Notes under the pieces: generated by a model
The model's input: only the letters and a program-made list of their open reading frames with translations
Told to the model about the DNA's origin: nothing
Database searches by the model: none
NCBI GenBank assembly: GCA_049840735.1
Contig: JASGJN010000022.1
Span: 416,001-480,000 of the forward strand
Direction of reading: 5' to 3'
Length of the DNA stretch: 64,000 nt
From: Anaeromyxobacter sp.
Lineage (GTDB): Bacteria; Myxococcota; Myxococcia; Myxococcales; Anaeromyxobacteraceae
Part shown: piece after piece, positions 56,773 to 64,000 of the stretch
Layout of the letters: every line of letters starts with the position of its first letter
Position numbering within the stretch: position 1 is the stretch's first letter
Translations under genes and position numbers: made by a program

Positions 56773-57410
56773 GTCGGCGTTCACGCAGCGTCAACACGTA
56801 CGCGGCGTCCTCCTCGCGGAGGGCGCCGCGGCGCGCTTCAGGGGCCGGGCGAGCGCCTGGTCTCGCGCGGTCCCGGGCCGATCGCGGAGGGCGGCGCCGG
56901 ATCGGCGCGGAGCGGGGTGCAGTGGAACCCGTACCTTGTTGCCGTGACGCACCCGCAACGGCCTGTGAGACACGGTATCCCGAGCCGGATCCTTCACTGA
57001 TGGCGGGGCCTTGGGGTGGCGCGGCGGCCGCCAATGGGGGCGGGGACCAGCGCCGGGGCCACGCCGAGGTGGACTGGGTGAGATAGCCCAATTCCCCGGG
57101 CGACACCGTTGCGCAATTTCGGCTGCAAGGATTGCGGGCCGGACCCGGGCTGCCCGGCGTCCCCCGGGTCGCCGCGTGTCGGATTGCGCTGCAAATGGCT
57201 GTAAATCTGCGGTTTCGCGCGTCTTTGTCGGTGGTGCGACAGGGTGGGCGTCCGGGCAAGGATTGCGCACGCCTTAACCATTCGAGAACAGGAACGATTA
57301 AGAACTTTGCAGTGGACGAGTTGACGCGCGCGGTGCCGCCGCCTTTCATACGCGCATTCGGGGCGGGTGGAGTGTCCGCCTTCCTTTCCACGTGTGCAGG
57401 GGAGTTTCGA

Positions 57411-59819
57411 ATGTCCATCGCGTTCATGAAGCGGAGCGGCGCCGTCGTGCTGGCCGGTCTGCTGGTCCTGGCCGGCTGCTCCGGCTCGGACGGATCCCAG
57501 GGGGCCACCGGCCCGACGGGTCCGACCGGCCCGACCGGTCCCACCGGCCCGACTGGTCCCACCGGCCCCACCGGCCCTGGCGGTTCGATCCCCGCGGGCG
57601 CGGGCCTCCAGATCGAGATCCTGGATGCCACCGTCCCGGCCACCGGCGCGCCCTCCGTGCGCTTCACGGTGAAGGACGCGCAGGGCGCGGCCATCGACAT
57701 CAAGGCCGAGATCGCGGCCGGCATGATCGCGCCGCGCTTCGTGGTCGGCGCGCTGGACTCCGCCGGCCAGTACACCAGCCTCTACACCGCCCAGGCGACC
57801 CCGAAGGCGTACACGGACGCCGAGGGCAACCCGCAGACGCCGACCGGCGAGGCGGTCACCCAGGCCACCTACAGCCCGCCCTTCAGCGCCACGGCCGACC
57901 AGATCCAGGCCGCGTACGTGAAGGTCGCTGACGGCGAGTACACCTACACCTTCACCGCCGCGCCGAACGTGGCCAGCCCGGGCCAGGACGCGACGCACAC
58001 CGTCGGCATGTGGGCCAACCGGACCGTGGACGGCGTGGTCTACCCGGCCAGCGCGACCAAGAGCGTCGTGCCCGCCGGCGGCACCCCTGCCACCCGCTCG
58101 GTGGTGTCCGACAACGCCTGCAACAGCTGCCACAACAAGCTCCAGGCGCACGACGAGCGGCGCACCGTGGGCCTCTGCCTGGTCTGCCACTCGGCCCAGA
58201 CCACGGATCCCGAGACCGGCAACACCATGGCGATGGCCTACCTGGTCCACCGCATCCACATCGGCGACAGCGTCGGCGCCACCGTCGGCGTCGAGGGCTA
58301 CCACGTCGTCGGCTACCGCCAGACCGACCACAGCTACGGTGAGGTCAACTTCGCCGGGCCGCGCAACAGCGTGAAGTACTGCTCCAAGTGCCACGACGGC
58401 GAGCAGGCCAGCCTGGCCCAGAAGCCCACCGAGTTCACCTGCAAGTCCTGCCACGAGGACGTGAACCTCGAGGACCACCCGCGCACCGGCGACGGCCCGA
58501 AGCACGACGACGCCCAGTGCGCCCTCTGCCACAACGCCAACAGCATGGCCAAGGTCCACTCCTTCGGCTACGACGTCGGCACCAACATCACGGTCGACGA
58601 TCCCGAGATCCACGTCACCATCGACGACGTCACCAACGTGGACGTCGGCGCCGGCCCGACCGTCACCTTCACGGTGACCAGCCACGGCCAGCCGTACAGC
58701 ATCCACGAGGCCGGCAAGGCGCTGACCCAGCTCCGCTTCACCCTGGGCGGCCCGGCCACCGACTACGGCAACGTCAACACCTCCCCCACCGCCGGCACGC
58801 CGACCCCGTACCTCGGCTACTGGCAGCTGACGCTGAACGCCGCCGCGCAGGCCGCGCTGGTCCCGGTCGCCGCGGGCCAGTACACGGCCTCCTTCCCGGC
58901 CAAGCAGACCATCAACGCGGTCCAGTACGACACCCTGCCGGCCGCCACGGCGGGCACGACGGTCGCCATCGGCGTGGAGCCGTACATCACGCTGACCAAG
59001 ACCGAGGGCGTCATCACCTCCGCGGGCAAGAGCTTCGTGGACGCCGGCATCCCGAACATCGTCTACCGCGTGGTGAACGGCGGTGAGCCGGTCGAGCGCC
59101 GCGCGGTCGTCGCCGACGCGAAGTGCAACGCCTGCCACCGCGACCTGGGCTTCCACGGCTCCAGCGCGCGCAAGGGCGTCCAGTACTGCCTGCTCTGCCA
59201 CCACCCGAACAACGCCAACGACGAGCGCTGGGCCCGCTACGAGGTCACCCCGACCGCCGAGTCCGGCGCGCCGCTCCCGAACCCGATCTCCGGCGCCGGC
59301 GCCGCCTGGAAGACCCAGGTCGAGTCCGTGTCGCTGCAGTACATGGTGCACCGCATCCACGCCGGCGCCGCGCTGTCCAACGGCGGGACGTGGTACGGCG
59401 GCAACCCCTCGGCCACGACCGCGAACCCCCAGGGCAACGCCGAGTTCTTCTCGGCGCCGTTCGTGGGCGACATCGGCAAGTGCACGACCTGCCACGAGGG
59501 CGAGACCTGGAAGCTGCCCGAGTCGGCCGGCCTCATCCCGATGAAGATGCCGGTCTGGGCCTGCAGCGAGGCGGCCGCGAACGACGCCGACGGCTACTGC
59601 ACCGGCTCGGCCTGGGCCGAGGTGGCCGCGGTGGCCGGCGACCCGACCACCACGCAGTTCTTCAAGCCGCAGATGGCGGCCTGCACCAGCTGCCACGACA
59701 GCAGCTCGGCCCGCGTGCACGCGCAGCTGAACGGCACCGCCTCCGGCGAGGCCTGCGCCACCTGCCACGGCGACGGCGCCCTCTGGGACGTCGCCCAGAT
59801 GCACGGTGAGGAGCCCTAG
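57411..59819 (+). CDS. OmcA/MtrC-family decaheme c-type cytochrome lipoprotein with collagen-like linker
   Basis: LAGC lipobox; (GPT)n run; ten CxxCH motifs (CNSCH, CLVCH, CSKCH, CKSCH, CALCH, CNACH, CLLCH, CTTCH, CTSCH, CATCH) in a 5+5 arrangement; two VHRIH motifs. Confidence 0.93.
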   Translation: MSIAFMKRSGAVVLAGLLVLAGCSGSDGSQGATGPTGPTGPTGPTGPTGPTGPTGPGGSIPAGAGLQIEILDATVPATGAPSVRFTVKDAQGAAIDIKAEIAAGMIAPRFVVGALDSAGQYTSLYTAQATPKAYTDAEGNPQTPTGEAVTQATYSPPFSATADQIQAAYVKVADGEYTYTFTAAPNVASPGQDATHTVGMWANRTVDGVVYPASATKSVVPAGGTPATRSVVSDNACNSCHNKLQAHDERRTVGLCLVCHSAQTTDPETGNTMAMAYLVHRIHIGDSVGATVGVEGYHVVGYRQTDHSYGEVNFAGPRNSVKYCSKCHDGEQASLAQKPTEFTCKSCHEDVNLEDHPRTGDGPKHDDAQCALCHNANSMAKVHSFGYDVGTNITVDDPEIHVTIDDVTNVDVGAGPTVTFTVTSHGQPYSIHEAGKALTQLRFTLGGPATDYGNVNTSPTAGTPTPYLGYWQLTLNAAAQAALVPVAAGQYTASFPAKQTINAVQYDTLPAATAGTTVAIGVEPYITLTKTEGVITSAGKSFVDAGIPNIVYRVVNGGEPVERRAVVADAKCNACHRDLGFHGSSARKGVQYCLLCHHPNNANDERWARYEVTPTAESGAPLPNPISGAGAAWKTQVESVSLQYMVHRIHAGAALSNGGTWYGGNPSATTANPQGNAEFFSAPFVGDIGKCTTCHEGETWKLPESAGLIPMKMPVWACSEAAANDADGYCTGSAWAEVAAVAGDPTTTQFFKPQMAACTSCHDSSSARVHAQLNGTASGEACATCHGDGALWDVAQMHGEEP

Positions 59820-59874
59820 GCTCCGTAGCTAGAAGCGGTCAGGCGGCCCCTGGTGCGCTCCGGCGCCCCAGGGG

Positions 59875-60266
59875 CCGTCGTCTATGCGGGGACTGCGTCC
59901 CCGCCCCAGGAGCAAAGCTCCTGGGGCCCCACCCCTGCTGCGCTGGGTCCCGCCGCGCTGCGGGCCCGTGTCTTCCAGGCGGTGGAAGGGGCCCTTGCGC
60001 GGCACCCAGCGCCGAGGGGGGCTGACGCCCCCCTCCCCCGGCCACATGCCGGGGCCCCCACCCCCGCGGACCGTCGTCCATGCGGGGACTGCGTCCCCGC
60101 CCCAGGAGCAAAGCTCCTGGGGCCCCACCCCTGCTGCGCTGGGTCCCGCCGCGCTGCGGGGCCGTGTCTTCCAGCCGGTGGAAGGGGCCCTTGCGCGGCA
60201 CCCAGCGCCGAGGGGGGCTGACGCCCCCCTCCCCCGGCCACACGCCGGGGCCCCCACCCCCGCGGA
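59875..60266. repeat. Tandem duplication, 2 x 196 bp, multi-hairpin unit
   Basis: Copies start at 59875 and 60071; four substitutions seen; several perfect stems. Confidence 0.95.
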
Positions 60267-60343
60267 CCGTACTCGGGGCCTCGGGCTCACGGAGAGCCCG
60301 CTGGCCAGCGGGCAGCCGGGCGTCTAGGATCCCCCCCGCCCAC

Positions 60344-61273
60344 ATGAAGCTGCGCCTGGTCCTGCCCCTCATCATCGGCTTCGTCTTCCTGCCCGCGGCG
60401 CTGCTCATCGCGGTCGGCATCCTGATCCTCGTCTACGGGTCGGTGCCCCGCGATTACCTGTTCGGCATCCTCATCCTGGCCTTCGTCGGCACCACGCTGG
60501 TGGGCACGGCCGCCACGCTGGTGGTGCTCTACCGCGAGGCCCGGGTGGCCCGGCTGCAGACCGACTTCGTCAACAAGGTGAGCCACGAGCTGCGCACCCC
60601 GCTCACCTCCATCCGCATGTTCGTCGAGACCCTGCAGCTGGGCCGGCTGCAGGACCCGGCCCGGCAGCGCGAGGCGCTGGAGATCGTGGCGGAGGAGACC
60701 GCCCGCCTCTCCGGCCTCATCAACCGGCTGCTGGACTGGGCCCGCATGGAGTCGGGGCGCCGCACCTACCAGCTCGCGCGCCAGCCGCTCGAGCCCATCG
60801 TGGAGGCGGCGCTGACGGCCTTCGAGCCGCAGCTGCTCCACCAGCCCGCCGAGGTGGTCCGGCAGTTCGAGCCCGGGCTGCCGCCGGTGATGGCCGACCG
60901 CGACGCGCTGGCGGAGGCGCTGCTCAACCTGTTCAACAACGCGTTCAAGTACACCGGGGCGCAGAAGCGCATCACCGTGGCGCTGGCAGCGCACGGCCCC
61001 TCGGTCACCGTCAGCGTGACGGACAACGGCCCGGGCATCTCCCTCCGCGACCAGAAGCGGATCTTCGAGAAGTTCTACCGGGCCCGCGATCCGCTCTCGC
61101 GCACCATCGAGGGGACGGGGCTCGGGCTCGCCATGGTGAAGCACATCGTCGGCGCCCACGCCGGGCGCATCGAGGTGAGGAGCGAGGTGGGGCAGGGCGC
61201 CAGCTTCGTGATCACCTTGCCTGCGGCGCGCCCGGCGCCCGCGGCGCAGGCAGCCCAGGCGAGAGGGAGGTGA
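60344..61273 (+). CDS. Two-TM sensor histidine kinase
   Basis: VSHELRTPLTSI, NLFNNAFKY, DNGPGI, FEKFYR, GTGLGL. Confidence 0.93.
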   Translation: MKLRLVLPLIIGFVFLPAALLIAVGILILVYGSVPRDYLFGILILAFVGTTLVGTAATLVVLYREARVARLQTDFVNKVSHELRTPLTSIRMFVETLQLGRLQDPARQREALEIVAEETARLSGLINRLLDWARMESGRRTYQLARQPLEPIVEAALTAFEPQLLHQPAEVVRQFEPGLPPVMADRDALAEALLNLFNNAFKYTGAQKRITVALAAHGPSVTVSVTDNGPGISLRDQKRIFEKFYRARDPLSRTIEGTGLGLAMVKHIVGAHAGRIEVRSEVGQGASFVITLPAARPAPAAQAAQARGR

Positions 61274-61280
61274 GCGGCCC

Positions 61281-61973
61281 ATGTCCGACCGGATCCTGAT
61301 CATCGAGGACGACCCGTCCATCCTCAGGGGCCTGCAGCTCAACCTGGGCATGGAGGGCTACACCGTCCGCTCGGCCATGGACGGCGGAGACCGGCCTGCA
61401 GCTGGCGCGGACGGAGAAGCCCGACCTGGTGGTGGTGGACGTGATGCTGCCGCGCATGGGCGGGCTGGACGTGGTCCGCGAGATCCGCCGCGAGGACCCG
61501 CACCTGCCGGTGCTCATCCTCTCGGCCAAGGGGCAGGAGAGCGACAAGGTGGCGGGGCTGCAGCTGGGGGCCGACGACTACATGGTCAAGCCCTTCGGCC
61601 TCAAGGAGCTGCTGGCGCGGATCGAGGCGCTCCTGCGCCGCCACCGGGCGCGCGGCGAGGCGGGCCCCCCCGGAACGTGCGCAAGGTGGGCGCGGTGGAG
61701 GTGGACCTGGAGGCCCGCCGCGCCACCGCCGACGGCCGGACGCTGGACCTGACCAGCCGCGAGTTCGACCTGCTGGCCTTCTTCATCAGCCACCCGGACC
61801 GCGTCTACTCGCGCGAGCAGCTGATGGAGTCGGTCTGGGGCTCGCGCTACTTCGGCACCGCGCGCACCGTGGACAACTTCGTGGCCCGGCTGCGGGCCCA
61901 CATCGGCGACGACGCCGAGAGCCCGCGGCACCTGGAGACGGTGCGCGGGGTGGGCTACCGGTTCAATCCGTAG
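61281..61973 (+). CDS. OmpR-family response regulator with two compensating frameshifts (~61387 and ~61668)
   Basis: ILIIEDD in one frame; VVDVMLP..SAK..GADDYMVKPF in the shifted frame (ORF 61429-61752); winged helix LTSREFDLL..RTVDNFV..TVRGVGYRF back in the first frame. Confidence 0.9.
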   Translation: MSDRILIIEDDPSILRGLQLNLGMEGYTVRSAMDGGDRPAAGADGEARPGGGGRDAAAHGRAGRGPRDPPRGPAPAGAHPLGQGAGERQGGGAAAGGRRLHGQALRPQGAAGADRGAPAPPPGARRGGPPRNVRKVGAVEVDLEARRATADGRTLDLTSREFDLLAFFISHPDRVYSREQLMESVWGSRYFGTARTVDNFVARLRAHIGDDAESPRHLETVRGVGYRFNP

Positions 61974-63393
61974 CCAGCGCCGCCCGCACGGCCCGCAGCA
62001 CCGCCTCGTCCTCCCCCGGCAGCACCGTGCGCGGGTCGAGCACCACGCGGTCGTCCTCGATGCGCGCGATCACCGGCGGCTGCGCCTGGCGGAGGCGGGC
62101 CAGCTGCGCCTCGGCGCGGCCGGCCGGCAGGGTCACGAGCGAGGTGGGCAGGGTCACCTCCGGCAGCGAGCCGCCGCCCACCGCCGACCGCCCCGCTCGC
62201 ACCTCGCAGCCGCCGCCCAGCGCCTCGCACCAGGCCCGGGCGCGCGCGGCCAGCAGGTGCGGCTCGGTCGCCAGCGCCCGCCAGACCGGGATGCGGGTCT
62301 CGGCCTCGCCGCGCTCGTGCAGCGAGAGCGTGGCCATCAGGCCCGCCAGCGTGACCTTGTCGATGCGCAGCGCGCGCAGCAGCGGGTGGCGGCGCAGGCG
62401 CGCCAGGGCCTCGCGCCGGCCCACCAGCAGCCCGGCCTGCGGGCCGCCCAGCAGCTTGTCGCCGCTGAACGTGACCACGTCGGCGCCGGCCCGGACGCGC
62501 GCCTGCACGGTGGGCTCCTCGCCCAGGCCGAAGGGGCGGGTCTCGATGAGCGTGCCGGAGCCGACGTCGTCCACCACCCACAGCCCGCGCGCCCGCCCCA
62601 GCGCCACCAGCTCCTCCAGCGTCACGTCGTGCACGAACCCTGAGACGCGGAAGTTGGAGCGGTGGACCGAGAGCAGGGCCCGGGTGCGCGGCCCGACGGC
62701 CGCCTCGAAGTCGCGCGCGTAGGTGCGGTTGGTGGTGCCCACCTCCACCAGCGCGGCGCCGGACCGGAGCAGCACGTCGGGGATGCGGAAGCCGCCGCCG
62801 ATCTCCACCAGCTGGCCGCGCGAGACGATCACCTCCGGGCGCCCCTCGGCCGGCGCGGCCGCCGCCTCCCCCGGCCGCGCCTCGCCCAGCCCCGCCAGCG
62901 CCAGCAGCACCGCGGCGGCGCCGTTGTTCACCACCAGCGCGGCCTCGGCCCCGGTCAGCCGGCAGAGCGCGGCCTCGGCGTGGGCGTAGCGGTCGCCCCG
63001 CTCGCCGCTCTCCAGGTCGTACTCCAGGGTGAGGTAGCCCTCGGCCGCCTGCCGCATAGCGTCGATGGCCTCGGCGGCCAGCGGCGCACGCCCCAGGTTG
63101 GTATGTACGACCACGCCGGTGGCGTTCACCACCGGGCGAAGCGTGCCGCGCGCCACCTCCTCCAGGCGGCCCAGCACGGCGGCCTCGACGGCGTCCGGTG
63201 CCGGGCACGGGTGGCCCCCCAGGATGGCCTGCCGCTCGGTCTCGAGGGCCGTCCGGACGGCCTCCAGCACGGCGCCGCGGCCGAGGCGGAGCACCAGGCC
63301 GGCGCGGTCGGCGGCCTCCAGCAGGCGGTCGGTCCGGGGCAGCTTCCGGAGCTCCGACGACGCATCCGGGGCGGGTGGGCTGGGAGGGCTCAT
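61963..63393 (-). CDS. selA: L-seryl-tRNA(Sec) selenium transferase
   Basis: VVNATGVVVHTNLGRAPL, LEYDL, SRGQLVEIGGGFRIPD, VEVGTTNRT, FSGDKLLGGPQAG. Confidence 0.97.
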   Translation of the reverse strand: MSPPSPPAPDASSELRKLPRTDRLLEAADRAGLVLRLGRGAVLEAVRTALETERQAILGGHPCPAPDAVEAAVLGRLEEVARGTLRPVVNATGVVVHTNLGRAPLAAEAIDAMRQAAEGYLTLEYDLESGERGDRYAHAEAALCRLTGAEAALVVNNGAAAVLLALAGLGEARPGEAAAAPAEGRPEVIVSRGQLVEIGGGFRIPDVLLRSGAALVEVGTTNRTYARDFEAAVGPRTRALLSVHRSNFRVSGFVHDVTLEELVALGRARGLWVVDDVGSGTLIETRPFGLGEEPTVQARVRAGADVVTFSGDKLLGGPQAGLLVGRREALARLRRHPLLRALRIDKVTLAGLMATLSLHERGEAETRIPVWRALATEPHLLAARARAWCEALGGGCEVRAGRSAVGGGSLPEVTLPTSLVTLPAGRAEAQLARLRQAQPPVIARIEDDRVVLDPRTVLPGEDEAVLRAVRAALATD

Positions 63394-63448
63394 GTCCGCA
63401 TGCTCAGGTCGCTTTTTGGCCTAGAAGATCGCTTGCTTGACCGGCGGC

Positions 63449-63462
63449 AGGATTGTAATCCT
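63449..63462. promoter_or_regulatory. Palindrome AGGATT-GT-AATCCT in the selA/nuoL divergent promoter region
   Basis: Perfect 6-bp AT-rich inverted repeat just downstream of TTGCTTGACC. Confidence 0.45.
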
Positions 63463-63474
63463 TCGCCCCACCCT

Positions 63475-64000
63475 ATGGCCCTGTTCCCCATGCCGAGCGC
63501 TGCCGCGGCGACTGACTACCTCTGGGCGATCATCCTCCTGCCCCTGGCGGGCGCCGTCGTGAACGGCCTGATCGGGCGCCGCATCGGCCGGTCCAACGTC
63601 ACGCTGATCGCCATCGGCGCCATGGTCGGGGCGCTGATCCTGTCGAGCATCGCGTTCTACCATGTGGCCTTCGGCCCGCGGGTGCCCTGGCTCAACTACG
63701 AGGGCGCCCAGTGGTTCAGCGGCACGGCGTGGGGGACCGGGCGGCTCCCCCTGGTGGGCTTCTCCTGGAGCCTGCTGGTCGATCGGCTCTCCGGGGTGAT
63801 GATCCTGGTCATCACCGGCGTCGGGACGCTCATCCACATCTACTCCGCGTCCTACATGTCCCATGAGGACGAGGCCGGGTACGCGCGCTACTTCGCCTAC
63901 CTGAACCTCTTCGTGGCGGCCATGCTGACGCTGGTGCTGGGCCACTCGCTGGTCCTCACGTTCGTGGGCTGGGAGGGCGTGGGGCTCTGCAGCTACCTGC
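63475..64000 (+). CDS. nuoL: NADH-quinone oxidoreductase subunit L / MrpA-like antiporter subunit, 5' part
   Basis: Hand translation: LLPLAGAVVNG..DRLSGVMILVITGVGTLIHIYSASYM..RYFAYLNLFVAAMLTLVL..FVGWEGVGLCSYL; runs off the window; ATG at 63475 or 63490. Confidence 0.9.
   Translation, partial: MALFPMPSAAAATDYLWAIILLPLAGAVVNGLIGRRIGRSNVTLIAIGAMVGALILSSIAFYHVAFGPRVPWLNYEGAQWFSGTAWGTGRLPLVGFSWSLLVDRLSGVMILVITGVGTLIHIYSASYMSHEDEAGYARYFAYLNLFVAAMLTLVLGHSLVLTFVGWEGVGLCSYL

Noticed and set aside
61963..63393. Selenoprotein genes, selB or tRNA-Sec near selA
   Set aside because: I found no in-frame TGA at a catalytic Cys position and no tRNA-Sec-like sequence in the window; a SECIS/tRNAscan search would be needed to exclude them fully.

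Overview
Very GC-rich chromosomal segment whose gene content points to an Anaeromyxobacter-like myxobacterium (inference). Housekeeping genes: truA, asd, clpB, a Kef-type K+/H+ antiporter, gpsA, an M3 oligopeptidase, rnz, fadI-fadJ, selA and the 5' end of nuoL. Accessory blocks: (i) a >1200-aa secreted protein built from tandem Cys-pair beta-sandwich modules, missing from the ORF track; (ii) a five-gene yfaPTASQ/mag-type alpha-2-macroglobulin operon; (iii) a divergent type III PKS-methyltransferase-ACP-FAAL-flavin oxidoreductase (ftp-like) cluster; (iv) an orphan OmcA/MtrC-type decaheme lipoprotein with a collagen-like tether; (v) several signalling proteins with odd architectures. The best candidate for an undescribed system is the macroglobulin operon: the macroglobulin keeps a CLEQ thioester motif, and the YfaQ-like partner carries HExxH, SxxK/SxN/KTG and SpoIID-like motifs in one chain. 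Non-coding structure is abundant: five copies of a GTAG-type REP/REPIN-like palindrome, a 10x24-bp VNTR, a 14-unit G-rich repeat, a 2x196-bp structured duplication and an HNH-like gene remnant with flanking inverted motifs. At least eight single-base frameshifts interrupt otherwise intact genes. Six are insertions at GATC or GAGACC motifs and two are homopolymer deletions, which suggests long-read consensus errors (possibly DNA-modification dependent) rather than true pseudogenes. No rRNA, tRNA or CRISPR array was recognised. All family assignments are by eye from motifs; no database search was run.
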